Shown: one piece after another, positions 52,045 to 64,000 of the stretch | Position numbering within the stretch: position 1 is the first letter of the stretch | How the letters are laid out: every line of letters starts with the position of its first letter | NCBI RefSeq assembly: GCF_964204645.1 | Contig: NC_134033.1 | Span: forward strand, 1,880,131-1,944,130 | Origin: Tubulanus polymorphus | Taxonomy: Eukaryota > Animalia > Nemertea | Length of the DNA stretch: 64,000 nt | Reading direction: 5' to 3' | The notes under the pieces: model-generated | Seen by the model: only the letters and a program-made list of their open reading frames with translations | Told to the model about the DNA's origin: nothing | Databases searched by the model: none | Program-made: the position numbers and the translations under genes

Positions 52045-52350
52045 ATTTGAAGCCAATCTAAGCTCATTTAGGTTCTTTCACCAATCTAAAAACTTAAGAC
52101 CAGTCTAAGCTCATTTGGGTTCTATAACCAATCTAACAACTTAAGACCAGTCTAAGCTCATTTTGGTTCTATAACCAATCAAACAACTTAAGACCAATCT
52201 AAGTTCATTTTGGTTCTATAGCCAATCAAACAACTTAAGATCAGTCTAAGCTCATTTGGGTTCTATAACCAATCAAACAACTTAAGACCAGTCTAAGTTC
52301 ATTTTGGTTCTATAGCCAATCTAACAACTTAAGATCAGTCTAAGCTCTGG
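52045..52350. repeat. 47-bp dispersed satellite (AACCAATCTAACAACTTAAGACCAGTCTAAGCTCATTTTGGTTCTAT)
   Basis: About six copies. Same family at 39060-39200, 43100-43440 (reverse orientation) and 59455-60070. Confidence 0.92.
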
Positions 52351-53017
52351 TCATCTGAGAATAATAGCAGGTATTGTTGACACCTGACTGGTCAGCTCAC
52401 TGGCCAGACAAACTTACAAGCTCAATCAGCCACCAGAGTTCTATGGGCTTTTCGTTACAATCCTGGTGGGGCAAGGGTTAGGATAAGAAAGCATTCTATC
52501 CAAATAGTTTTTATTTGCCCGACATAGCGTGATAGCCGGCATGTCGATGACGACGAGTTGGCAATATTTTCAGGCAATTGTTTTCTGCGTCTGCCGGTCA
52601 ATAAAATAACCAACCAGTCACGCGAACGTTCTATTATCATCTGTATAACTGTAGGAGAGACGGAGAGAGTGAGAGGGGGATAGTGAGGGAGGGAGGGGGA
52701 GAGAGGGGGGGAGTGAGAGGGGGAGAGAGGGAAAGAGAGATAGAGGGGGTGATAGTGAGAGGGAGAGAGTGAGAGGGAGAGAGGGAGGGAGAGGGAGAGA
52801 GAGTGAGAGGGGGTGAGAGTGAGAGGGAGAGAGAGAGGGAGGGAGGGAGAGAGAGAGAGAGGGAGAGAGAGAATGTGACGTTGTGTCTAGGGTTGAAATA
52901 GCCGCACACATTAGCGACCAGGCAACAACACTCAGCGTAGAAACAGAAGAAACTGAATACGTTCTGCGACTAGATGTATAAATAACGACGCCGCAATTTC
53001 TGACGGGCTCCCGGGAG

Positions 53018-53309
53018 GATTCGATCCAATCAGTAGTTTCTAGATCCCCGACGATTGCTTGTCTTCTTTCTCTCGACGGTTTCCAGATCCCCCGAATATT
53101 CAACTATGGCGACGCTGTTCTGGTCGATCCGTCTGTTCCTAAACGACTGAATCCAAGGAGGTGATTCGATCCAATCAGTAGTTTCTAGATCCCCGACGAT
53201 TGCTTGTCTTCTTTCTCTCGACGGTTTCCAGATCCCCCGAATATTCAACTATGGCGACGCTGTTCTGGTCGATCCGTCTGTTCCTGAACGACTGAATCCA
53301 AGGAGGTGA
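53018..53309. repeat. Recent 145-bp tandem duplication of otherwise unique sequence
   Basis: Two copies, differing at one visible position. Confidence 0.92.
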
Positions 53310-54439
53310 GAGCAACGAGGCAAGATTTGACATCTCGTATGAAAACACATTTTCATCAATTTCTACTCGTCTCTCGGCGCCCCGCGGATTAACCCTATCA
53401 CAGCGAGCCCGACATTGACAAATTGTTCAATTTGTTCGTCGTCTTGTTTCAGAAACTAGCGGATAACCGGATAACTGGATAACCAGATAACCGGAGCGTG
53501 ATAAATATACGCAATTATGCATAAATACATGAGAGTCAATCAATGAATGACATGAGAAAAAGATTGGGGGGGGGGGTCAGGTCAGAGGGGTTCAGGGGGG
53601 GGTTTAGGGGGCAATTACATATATCAATGCCTTTAAAATAAGCTTGAATGAACCGGAAAAGAATTTCCCAATTATGTACTTTGATTAAAACAAAAAATTC
53701 TGTTAACTCGATCACACAACTTTATCTGTACTTCAATTTCCGATTTCAATATCAAACCCTCTGTTTCACTCCCGGCAGGTGTGGTGGGTTTGTAAGGGAC
53801 ACCCAATCGAAAAATTCAAACGAAATTTACCAACCCAATAAATAACAGGGTCAATCCCTATTTTAAGATCAAAATAAGCATTTCCAAAACTGCGGAAAAA
53901 ATTTCAAGTCTGGAAATGTGGAACTGAGTTCCATAGTTCAAAGTGATAACTGCGGAACTGGGACCTGGGAGTTCCACATTTCGAGCGTGTAACTGTGGAA
54001 CTGGGACCTGGGAGTTCCACATTTCGAGCGTGTAACTGTGGAACTGGGTTTGAGGAATGAATTCAATTTGACCTGTTCACACGTAAACACGAACTAGACG
54101 TTGATTAGTCGTAGCTGGTAAAAGTCGATGTCACCTCGTTAACACGTGTAATTAACAACTGTATCTCACGCAGACGAGACAGAATTATCTCTACTTCATT
54201 TGACTGACATTTTACCATCCGTCTGCTGAGCGAACTGCTTGTCTGCTGTCGTTACATTTGCTTGATAAATGTGTCCGCTCCTCAATCCTCAATTTGTCAT
54301 AGCAACTGTAAATTGTCTGCTCCTCAATTCTCAATCCCTCTGTTCCTCAATTCTCAATCCGTCTGTTCCTTTATTCTCAATCCGTCTGTTCCTCAATTCT
54401 CAATCCGTCCGTTCCTCAATTCTCAATCCGTCTGCGTTC

Positions 54440-54720
54440 AGAGTTAAATTCTACTTAACAACTACGGAGCTGGTTCCTGAGTTGAGAGTTAACTCTATCC
54501 TACAACTGTGGAACTGGATCCTGAGTTGAGAGTTAACTCTATCCTACAACTGTGGAACTGGATCCTGAGTTCAGAGTTAACTCTATCCTACAACTGCGGA
54601 ACTGGATCCTGAGTTCACAGTTAACTCTATCCTACAACTGCGGAACTGGATCCTGAGTTCACAGTTAACTCTAATTCTCATCTGTGGAGCTGGATCCTGA
54701 GTTCACAGTTAACTCTCAGG
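54440..54720. repeat. 44-bp tandem repeat of the ACTGTGGAACTGG family
   Basis: GAGTTAACTCTATCCTACAACTGTGGAACTGGATCCTGAGTT repeats every 44 bp. Confidence 0.93.
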
Positions 54721-56133
54721 GTTATGTTTGTAAATCCTCAACGATCGAAACTCTCAAGAAACGAAATGTTTGTTTTCTTGGTGAAGGTTAAGAGAAATTG
54801 TCATCGTTGAAGGAGAAATTCATATCCGGCAGATATCGACGTGAAGCGTCTGCTATTAACCAATCCATCAACGCGTCGAGTTAACAGCATCGGGTCTCCG
54901 CTTAACCTTGACACGAAACGCGGCCGGACGAGCGTAATTCGATTCATCGGGGAAATGATGAGAATTTGAGTAAGAAACGGAACCCGGGGATCGGCACGTG
55001 GGCCGAGCGGCCTCACACTCCTATCACGATGAATTGAAGTGTCTTATTCGAGGTTACAACGGATCATCGTTACATCCTCACGGAGATCCAGGGTCCCCCC
55101 CCGGTTTCGAAGAACTCTCTAGGTGCGCGGCCATTTTCCATCCGTTTACGAATTCCCCGCAATTCCCTGATCAAGTAGAAATCCAACTTTCCGCCCATTT
55201 ACAAATCCCTGAGTTTTTCGCTGATTTTTCCATGTGTCTACACAAAATTCCCTGAGAGTGAATCGCAAAAATCCTTAGGTTTAAAATATTCCCAATTCAT
55301 TCATTTTTCATTGAATCGCTTTTTGATAAAGAACCACGTGGTCAAGAACATTATCAGAATTCCCAGTTTTCCAATTTTTTTTGGCGAAATTTGTCAAATT
55401 CCCCGAATTTCTGATAGATTTTTCCGATCGCGAGCGGCGAATGACCTATCTATTCTGAATTTGAATATTCTAATTCTAATACGCCAGTATTCTACTATAT
55501 TCTCTCTATACCAGGGGATCATCTGCGATCCGACCATCTCAAAATTTCTCTCCCACTTCTCCATGATTTCAAGCTTTTATTCCATGACTTGCGAAAGAAA
55601 ATAAAATCCCCCGATTAGTCGCTGAAATCTCGGTGAACAAATATATTTCATCGCTTTTCCGCGCTTCGAAAAGGTAATCGTAAATTTTTCGTAACTTTTT
55701 CAGGACCGGCCGGACTGAAACCTGTCATGCCGAGATCCTCATGATAATTGATTTTCGTCCATAATTTAAAAACCACTCACATTCAAATTGTAAAATCTTA
55801 CGGCGCGTTAATCGTAACTAGAAAGATATTCTAAGTAATGGTCTCGCGAACTGAAGATTAACTTGATTTCATTAGAATGCTACCAGTGCACAGTAGCGTC
55901 AATGGGTAACTCTTCAGTAGTCGGTCCATCATGAGCTCAAAGAGCTTGAAATATTGTACAGAGAATTCTCCAGAAATCTAAGGGAACTCAACCCCCCCCC
56001 CCCCAGCACCCCCCTTCGGAATATTGAAGGTGTTGTAAAATGAGATACAGCGACGAACCTGAAACACTAAACAGCTAATCGATTCGCGATACATACACCA
56101 GATGGCAGCACGTCCTAGTGTGGTAAAACTTAC

Positions 56134-56163
56134 CTCGAACAGCAGCAGATGATTAGAACTCAT
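56134..56163 (-). CDS. SCHIP1: Candidate internal alternative first coding exon of SCHIP1 (MSSNHLLLFE)
   Basis: ATG with purine at -3 and a perfect phase-0 donor GAG|GTAAGT compatible with the downstream phase-0 acceptors. Confidence 0.35.
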
Positions 56164-56316
56164 CGCCTCGAAACCGTTTTTATCCGGAACGACCGATCCG
56201 AAAATTCGCTCCTAGCCAGATTAGTTGAAATCCGAGTTCTTCATAATTTTTTGAAAATATCGGAGCAAGTTTTTGAATCATACGTATTAATGTACGACAG
56301 TTAAAACGATGACACA

Positions 56317-56567
56317 AGCCGCGATCACACGGAGACGATTTGGCCCGAGCCAAATTGGCACGGATCAGACTCGGGCCAAATTTGGTAATTAGAGAGCGCG
56401 TTCACACGCAAACCATTCACTCGATACTCAACAATGCTTAAACAAAGCGCAGTGGATCATTTCCGGTGCCAGTTGCTCAAACAGGCTCGGGTCCATTTGG
56501 CACTCATGTGAACAGTTGTTCCGGGCCAAATATGGCCCGGGCCAAAAATGGTCGTGCGATCGCGGCT
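56317..56567. mobile_element. MITE (PIF/Harbinger-like) with 15-bp TIRs and internal GGCCCGGGCCAAA repeats
   Basis: AGCCGCGATCACACG ... CGTGCGATCGCGGCT (one mismatch). Flanks ACA/ATA. Confidence 0.7.
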
Positions 56568-56734
56568 ATAGAATATACATCAAAAAACATCGGAACCAAG
56601 TTCCCCAGTTGTGAGTTAGAATAACTTAAAACATTTTCATCGATTCTTGAAATTGAAGGAAAATCTTTGAGATTTTAATAAATACAGTTTTGACGGCAAA
56701 AAATCAGTTATATTTACTTTGCTAGTCAACAATT

Positions 56735-56833
56735 GGTCTGACTATTTCACATGGTTCACTAAAACCCGGATAATTTTCAAATGCCGAAACGCCGACATAA
56801 AGGTCATCCCGAGCCACGTGAAATAGTCAGACC
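56735..56833. mobile_element. ~100-bp element with 23-bp inverted ends
   Basis: GGTCTGACTATTTCACATGGTTC ... GAGCCACGTGAAATAGTCAGACC. Confidence 0.6.
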
Positions 56834-57169
56834 CATCAACGATACCAAACTGTGCTTCCGGAATCAAGATGGCCGACTGGCGGCCACTGTTGCTCGCCAA
56901 AATCACGTTTTAACACGTTTTTCAAGTTTGCTAGGGAAATTTTGAAGACGCTTTAATCGACTTTATCAATTTCAAACCTCGAGTCAAATGTCCATCCTAA
57001 CTATCATCGCAACTGCGGAACCTGAACCAGATCGACAGTTGTCGACCCGGTTTCACCAGTTGTGAGTTAAGATTTTTAACTCGTGAGTTTATTCTAACTC
57101 GGTCATTCGGCCCGACAACAACCGGGGGATGACCAAAAAAAAATTCGAAAAAAAAAAAATTCATCTTAC

Positions 57170-57463
57170 CTCGGAAAATTGTCTAGATTTATTAATTCTA
57201 TGTAGCTGTTGTAGACTGTTTAAGGTGCTGCTGCTGTTGTTGCTGGTACCGCCGCCGCCCGTGCTCGTGTTATTCTCGGTATCGGGGTCCGCGCACTCGG
57301 CGTCGCTGGTCGACTCGTTCATGAAACAGATCTGTAAGTTCATGCCGCTCTGCAGACGCGTTTGCAAGTTCGGTTTCTTGTACGCGCGTTCGCCGCCGTA
57401 GTAATCCTCGTCGGCTCCCATCGCCAGTTTACGACGGATCTCCTCGCGGTCGTTTCGACGCGA
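57170..57463 (-). CDS. SCHIP1: SCHIP1 exon (SRRNDREEIRRKLAMG...[25 protein letters not shown]...RQFSE)
   Basis: Matches recalled SCHIP1 NERESIRQKLALG and [21 protein letters not shown] motifs. Acceptor CTTTGCAG|, donor GAG|GTAAGA, 294 bp, phase 0-0. Confidence 0.93.
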
Positions 57464-57531
57464 CTGCAAAGTAGAAAGGAGAAACGTGAACGAATATTCG
57501 AGAAAAAGTTTATCTTCTGAGCGCACATTTT

Positions 57532-57816
57532 AACCCTTTCAGTGCGTCTACACCGCAGTGCGGTGCATAAATCAGTGACAGATTTTGCGAGTACACCGCC
57601 CTGTGGTGTATTGATGTAATTAGTAATTATTTCTCTTGAAAAATGGCAGCACCTGTCAAACATAGTGAAATACTAGTAACTAACGATACACCGCACCGCA
57701 GTGTAGACGCATTATAGTGGTATTCCCATTAATTAACAGACTAGGGAGGAATCTTCCAAAATTTTTAGATTATCTCCAGCACTATAGAGGATTGATTAGT
57801 CAACACTGAAAGGGTT
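57532..57816. mobile_element. piggyBac-like MITE
   Basis: TTAA|CCCTTTCAGTG ... CACTGAAAGGG|TTTT. Internal inverted repeat GCGTCTACACCGCAGTGCGGTG / CACCGCACCGCAGTGTAGACGC. Confidence 0.65.
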
Positions 57817-57819
57817 TTA

Positions 57820-58100
57820 AGGGGATCTGAAAAAGTTCTGTGCAAAAATACAGAGAAAAGATATTTGACAGTTTTATATGACTTGCTATTGCCTGATTTT
57901 ATTTCCTGAAATGCGTGTTGTTTTCCCTGACTTTGCTAAGAATATGATCAATACGCAAACTGTATGATAACGCTGATCTAGCGATATCAAAAAATCTTCC
58001 TGAGTTTTCCGTGATTTTTAGCATCTTCACAAATTTCTAAGAAATAAATTAATTCCCCGACTTTTTCGACAATTTCCAGCCGTAAGTGGCGCCACCCTGC
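57820..58100. mobile_element. Member of a dispersed MITE-like family with CAGGGTGGCGCCACTT end and TTTCCCTGA motifs
   Basis: End motif at ~58084-58099 (reverse). Related copies at ~30724-30960, ~32402-32600 and ~55130-55420. Confidence 0.55.
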
Positions 58101-59454
58101 CATACGGCCCAATTTGGCCGGACCAACAGGTTTCACCACGTTTCAAATTCTTTCCCCTACCAACTACCAACTTTACCCTACCAACATCCTCCCCCGCTAG
58201 GAGCCACCCGTCGATCGTCTTCCCTCACTCGGAGCCACCCTTGGTCATCTTCCCTCATTCGGAGCCACCCTACAATTATAGACGATAGATTAAACCCTTC
58301 AATCATCTTCCCTCACAGAGCCACCCTTCGATCATGCTCAATAGCCTACATACCATCAGACCTAAATCAGCTATGAAATGCCGCGACCTCAAACTATCCA
58401 TGATAGTCTTAGAAAAAAAACATCGAATCCAAATTCAACTCATGATCGGTAGATTAGAATCTACAAGCATTTTTCCTGTGTGTCAGATAATCCAGACGCG
58501 TACACATAGAGCAAGCACACAGTGGTTTCAGTGACGTGGTATAATATTTAAAAATCGTCTAATCCTAGATCTCGCCTGCTACTCGTAAACAAACTGAGGC
58601 AGACGCGCGCGATCATACAATATCCGTCTGCTAACGAAATACTTCATTTACTAAATACTTCATAGTTTTCCTATCGCAGGTAAACGACTTATAGGGTAAG
58701 AACCGATAATATCATGACTTATCCCTCTGTTATATGTACACACGCCAATCTAAATCCGACCTACTTAATCCAAAAACTGGGTCAGAATTTCACCTCATAT
58801 TTAGTACAGGGCACCATAGTTATTAGTACGTTGATAAGATTTCGATCCAGAGAGACTTCTGTATGGTCTGATTGTGTTTTTATCTGTTCAGTAAGGTCTT
58901 GAGACCAAAATATCAACAAACAACTTATCACTTATCAGCGATATTCATGGCCAATTTATCGAATTTGGATACGAATAATAAGCACATTTTGGAAGTGAGT
59001 TATTGTTCGAAAATGCTATGAAATCGTAAACACTTGAAATTAAGGTCCAATTTCCAAAACAAAAGACAAAAACAAAAGAAAACATATTCAACTCAATTTC
59101 TCTATGAATTCAGGTTATCTTAAATCTAAAATCTTTAATCTTAAATCTTTTTTTATGAAACTGACCAGCAGGTGATATAGAGTAAGAATTAAGCATTTCG
59201 TCTGAGATCGGTAGAGAATTTTTAAGCAGCTGCTGAATGTATGCGGGAAGAATTCACGATTAATTGTTGTAATATTTATACATCGGATACGAGAGGAAGT
59301 GATCACAGCGTGTTGTAACATACTGAATAAATACGTCTATATACGCAACACATATACATATAGAACGATGAATATACAACTGATTTATTCATTAGGGGAC
59401 AGTATTCAGAAAAAAATACACAACCTGCTGCCCCTAGCACAGATTTTAGGGAAA

Positions 59455-60095
59455 TAGCCAATCTGACAGCTTAAGACCAGTCTAAGACCAACCAATCTAA
59501 CAACTTAGGACCAGTCGAAGACCATTTTAGTTCTATAACCAATCTAACAACTTAGGACCAGTCTAAGACCATTTCAGTTCTATAACCAATCTAATAACTT
59601 AGGACCAGTCTAAGATCAATTTAGTTCTATAACCAATCTAACAACTTAAGATCAGTCTAAGCTCATTTTAGTTCTATAACCAATCTAACAACTTAAGACC
59701 AGTTTAAGCTCATTTTAGTTCTATAACCAATCTAACAACTTAAGACCAGTCTAAGATCATTTTGGTTCTATAACCAATCTAACAACTTAAGACCAGTTTA
59801 AGCTCATTTTAGTTCTATAACCAATCTAACAACTTAAGACCACTCTATAAGCTTGGTTCTTAGCCAATCTAACAATTTAGTTAGTCAATTTATCTAACAC
59901 TAGTCCAATAATCCCTGCAGCTTAGATTGGCTATAAAACTAAGATCAGCTAAGACTGATCTCTTAAGTTGTCTTTAAGATTGGCTTTAAAAATAAGCTTA
60001 GACCAGTCTTAAGCTGCTATAGAACTAGGACAGTCTAAGACTGGTCTTAATTTGTAAGATGGTCTTAGGTTATCAGTATTTAAGCCATGACTGGA
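59455..60095. repeat. 47-bp satellite array followed by inverted degenerate copies
   Basis: About nine forward units to ~59880, then reverse-oriented units (TTAGATTGGCTATA, CTTAGACCAGTCTTAAG). Confidence 0.88.
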
Positions 60096-60213
60096 GCCCT
60101 TTAGTTAGAATTTCAGTGCAGGTTCACTCATTGAAAATCAACTAGCTTTAGCCCACGAGCAATATGATTGAGTGTGGAACTGTGCACTCAGTTCCACAGT
60201 TCAGGTTATGTAC

Positions 60214-60312
60214 CTCTAAATCGCAGTGAATCTCCTCCAGACCTTGTATCAATTTTTCGATATTATTTCGATATTGCGCTCGTTCGATATCGATAATTCT
60301 CAAGTCATCCAT
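60214..60312 (-). CDS. SCHIP1: Candidate upstream/alternative first exon of SCHIP1 (MDDLRIIDIERAQYRNNIEKLIQGLEEIHCDLE)
   Basis: GACATGG start context, helical-looking protein sequence, and a phase-0 donor GAG|GTACAT (weak). Confidence 0.45.
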
Positions 60313-60649
60313 GTCTAACCACCTTCTACTCAACGTCGAGTCGAGATAAGTAAATTTCAGATCTCCACACCTTTATCCTACGTTTTAAACTATCCCAAAT
60401 CTCGAGTTCCGACGTCACTCTTAACGGTTATCTCAGCGAACGTGAATCAATACTAACGACATCGCAATTTCAAATATCGACCGAGACAGGAATCATTCCT
60501 GGCCATGGCGCATATATATCCAAAAATTCTCGGGTCCCATTTACAAAGAAAATTGAGGGACTTTAGAAATATACACAGTCCGGTCCGTTGCCGACGACGA
60601 AACGGTAGTCCGTCTGCCTGAAAATGAAATGTTGGTCCCAGAAGACGAG

Positions 60650-60845
60650 TCAGTCTGCTAAGAGAAAAAGCTAGTCCGTCTGCTATGAGGAAATGCTGGT
60701 CCGTCTGCTAAGAGGAAATGTTGGTCCGTCTGCTATGAGGAAATGCTGGTCCGTCTGCTAAGAGGAAACGCTGGTCCGTCTGCTAAGAGGAAACACTGGT
60801 CCGTCTACTATGAGGAAATGCTGGTCCGTCTGCTATGAGGAAATG
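60650..60845. repeat. 25-bp minisatellite (GGTCCGTCTGCTA(A/T)GAGGAAATGCT)
   Basis: About seven copies. Confidence 0.92.
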
Positions 60846-62009
60846 ATCCTATGTTTATCCTATACGCACGGTGTATACAGTATTGTACTATTTTCCCTCA
60901 GTGTTCGTTCGTAGCAAGTGGACTTTTATTCACTATATACCTAGAACACAACACTTTCAAAAGAACGCTCGTTGTTTGTCAAAGCGTCGTCGTCGTCGTC
61001 TCGAGAGATCGGTCTCCGCGTCACCTAGTTTTCGAAAAACCTGTCGCTCTATGAAAGGTGGATTAGGTTACGAGAGAGAGTATTAAAATTCACCGATTCA
61101 ACCGGTCTTGTCATACTACAATACCTGTATATCAGCCACGGGAATTAAACCTAACCCCCTCAAGCGCGCGTGCGCGATTGACCAGAAAAAGTTAAGCCAC
61201 AATTTCTAAGAGATCGTTTCGCCCACATGTACTGAGGCCCACCACAATTGAGTCTTATGTAATACAGCCATAATTCCCTTTGATGAAATAGGATTAAAAT
61301 CCATGTATAGGTAACAATTAAACCACTGCCCCCTCATACCCCCTCACATCCCCCTACCCCCCCCCCCCCCGGGGCCTTGAATAGTTTTACAACTTAATTT
61401 CTAAAGATGAATTATAGAGGATCAAGGGGATTTTAGGATTTTAAGAAATTTATTTTGACAGCAAATATTCAAAAGAAAAGGCTTTAAAGCAGATAAAAAC
61501 TAATGGAGAATTTCTGACACACATCGGAAGCCTTTTTCACAATATTGTATGCTGTTTGTATAAGAAATGGGGCACTAAATATATGTTGTGCAGAAGTCTC
61601 ATAACACCCCATCCCCCTCCCTCCCCCGGATCCATGCAAAAGAACAATAAACTTAAGTCTGGCTTTATCGTTAAGACCAGGCTGAGCAACTGTGCCTGCT
61701 TATAATCGCAAATTAGTTTTAAGACCAGCCTGAAACTTAAAAAAGCCTGAAGCCCAGTCTTAGTTCTACACCAAATCTACTTAAGATCAGTTTTACGATT
61801 CAAGACTGCTTAGATCTAAGTCTCTTACTGCTCCTAGTTGTGAACTAAAGACCACTTTGAAATTTGTCACATTCAGAACCAAACTTTGCTTAAATCTACT
61901 TAAACGAAGCCATCTGTATAACAGTTACTGTATCAGTTCACAGTAGTTACAAACTCTCCCTCCAGATGGCAGCAGCTCCTGGTCGCAAAATCATTCAAAG
62001 AAAAATTAC

Positions 62010-62147
62010 CTTTTTTCGTTTTCTTTTGCGTTTCTTTTTCGGCGGCGGCGGCGTGATCGTGTACAGCGACGCCCTCGGTGGCAGGATACCCCACGCGCGT
62101 CCGAACGCCAGACGGAACAACGAAACCCAACGCTGTTCGTGGAACAT
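62010..62147 (-). CDS. SCHIP1: Candidate alternative first exon of SCHIP1 ending in a basic NLS-like tract (MFHEQRW...PPPPKKKRKRKRKK)
   Basis: ATG at 62147, CpG-rich open frame, phase-0 donor AAG|GTAATT matching the acceptor at 57463. Confidence 0.45.
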
Positions 62148-62628
62148 CGTCGATATCGGAAAACGACGAAAACGTCGAAAATATCTCCGTAAAAAAACGC
62201 GACAGTTAGAAATATTCCTCGGATACGGGCGAGGAGTCGATGACTTCGACAGTCGTGACTTCAAATACAGAAGTCATAAAATATATATCACAGTTTTCGT
62301 AAATTATTTTTTGTAAAAATATGATTTTTTTTTCTATAAAGAAAAGATTCGCGGTCGCAGAAAAATGATTGGAAGACTGGAAAATTAGATCGATTTAAGC
62401 AGCATCAATAGCAACAAGTCGCATCATAGCAGCAGGTCGCACCAGAGTTAACAGAACCTTCGATATCCTGAGTTCCAACTAAATCCTAGAAACAGGACCC
62501 AGTCTTAAGTTATATCCAAAATAACGCTTAGTTTAAACCGATTCAAACTTAAAACTGGACTTAGGATTTAAGTCTCTGTTAAAAGTATACTTGTTAAACG
62601 CAGCTGAAGTCTTTCATTCTCAGCAGCA

Positions 62629-62664
<36 letters not shown>

Positions 62665-63209
62665 CAACGGTTATATCCAAATAACTGCTAAAACAGGGTT
62701 TAAATCCTTTAAATACGATTTGAATCGAAAACTATCGATTCACTGGACTTCGTCACAGCACAATCAGCAACATTTAGTAAAACTAGTTTAAAACGAAATT
62801 ATATAAAATAATCTATTATCAAATCCAGACAAATTCTCGGACGGTCAGAGTTCTATCCGTCTGTTGAGAAAATATCAAATCCGTCTGCTTCGATCAGGGC
62901 GAGATTCCGAACTAAACACCCGGATTCTACCGATCGTTGATCGACATTAGCCGCTTTCAGGGCCGAAAACGGTCGATGTTCATTAGGAATTCCGTAAACG
63001 CCCTAAAAGTCGAACTCAACCGACCGTTCGGCCACTTCCCGAGTTGTCGTTCGGTGGTTCACACCCGACGCCCCGCGATTAGATACTTAATCAGCCTGAT
63101 TTTTATGATTAGTTCGTACCGACCGGTTTTCATTGTCATAACCGATGTTATTCCAGGCGAGGTCGCGTGGTGCGATATTCCATCGGCAAAACATCCGTAC
63201 GAATCCTCG

Positions 63210-63358
63210 CGGGCAAAATCTCCAGTGATCTCCGAAGAAATTTGAGGCAAAATTTCTGGCAATCTCCGAAGAAATTCGAGGCAAAATTTCTGGCAATCTC
63301 CGAAGAAATTCGAGGCAAAATTTTCGGCAATCTCCGAAGAAATTCGGGGCAAATTTTC
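63210..63358. repeat. 34-bp tandem repeat, ~4 copies
   Basis: GCAAAATTTCTGGCAATCTCCGAAGAAATTCGAG. Source of overlapping spurious ORFs. Confidence 0.9.
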
Positions 63359-64000
63359 GATAACAATTCGCGCGAAATTTTATGCTAAAAGACTGAGAAA
63401 AGTCAGTCTGAATTTAAGCAAAACTTTCTAAAAGATCGGGCAAATTCTTCATCCCCGAATTCTTTGATGGATTTCAGTTTAATGCGAAATATTGCTAGAA
63501 TATTCAAAGTTTAAAATTTCACGCGCAAACACACCGTAAAAATTCGACGAAATCCGCAATCGGAAATTTCTGGCAAATATTCAAGCGCAAATTCAGAGCT
63601 TAATTTCGAATAAAAAACAACGAAATTCCTACGATGCGAAAACGTTTGAGAAAATTGTCGATGAACATTCCATTTAAATAATCCATCAATTTCGCTGCGA
63701 TTTGTTAAAAATACTGCGTTATAAAAATCTCCTAGAAAAATAACTCTGTTTATCCGCGAAATATGTACTCGACATTTCAAACCGATTTAGCAGTCTGGGA
63801 CGGTTTTCATGATCGCGGTCCCGACAACAATGAGTTGCTGCTATCGTTTGTTGTTCGTAGGTGGCGCCGTCGAACACCGGCCGCGTAAGGCACATTAGTT
63901 AATCGTCTATTTATAAGTATTGCTTTTCCGAGAATGTTTTCACGTCGGCCTTGACAACCGGGCGCGCGGCGGTACGGGTAATTGTTTTTTCGCGCGATCT

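Noticed and set aside
63059-63388. Cluster of overlapping ORFs
   Set aside because: Generated by the 34-bp tandem repeat.

Overview
Repeat-rich, intron-containing animal genomic DNA, probably an invertebrate. The lophotrochozoan-type assignment is inferred from the GPCR family and is not proven. There are no prokaryotic features or CRISPR arrays. Three minus-strand genes can be built from the sequence. (1) The 3' part of a SCHIP1 (schwannomin-interacting protein 1) orthologue has seven phase-consistent GT-AG coding exons from 57463 to the stop at 30468, a ~23 kb intron, and several candidate alternative first exons, one carrying an NLS-like tract. (2) A class A GPCR of FMRFamide-receptor-like type has an intronless CDS (11664/11655-10588). 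Its start-codon region is tandemly amplified upstream into a 72-bp array of six short, strong-context uORFs. (3) A three-exon secreted Cys-containing gene of Ly6/uPAR-like type (7121-5096) is largely missed by the ORF track. A SCHIP1 intron carries a Penelope-type minimal hammerhead ribozyme paired with an inverted degenerate copy. The rest consists of MITEs, tRNA-derived SINE-like heads, many minisatellites and a ~720 bp polarised CAG tract. All gene structures were predicted by eye from splice signals and motif recall; no database search was run.
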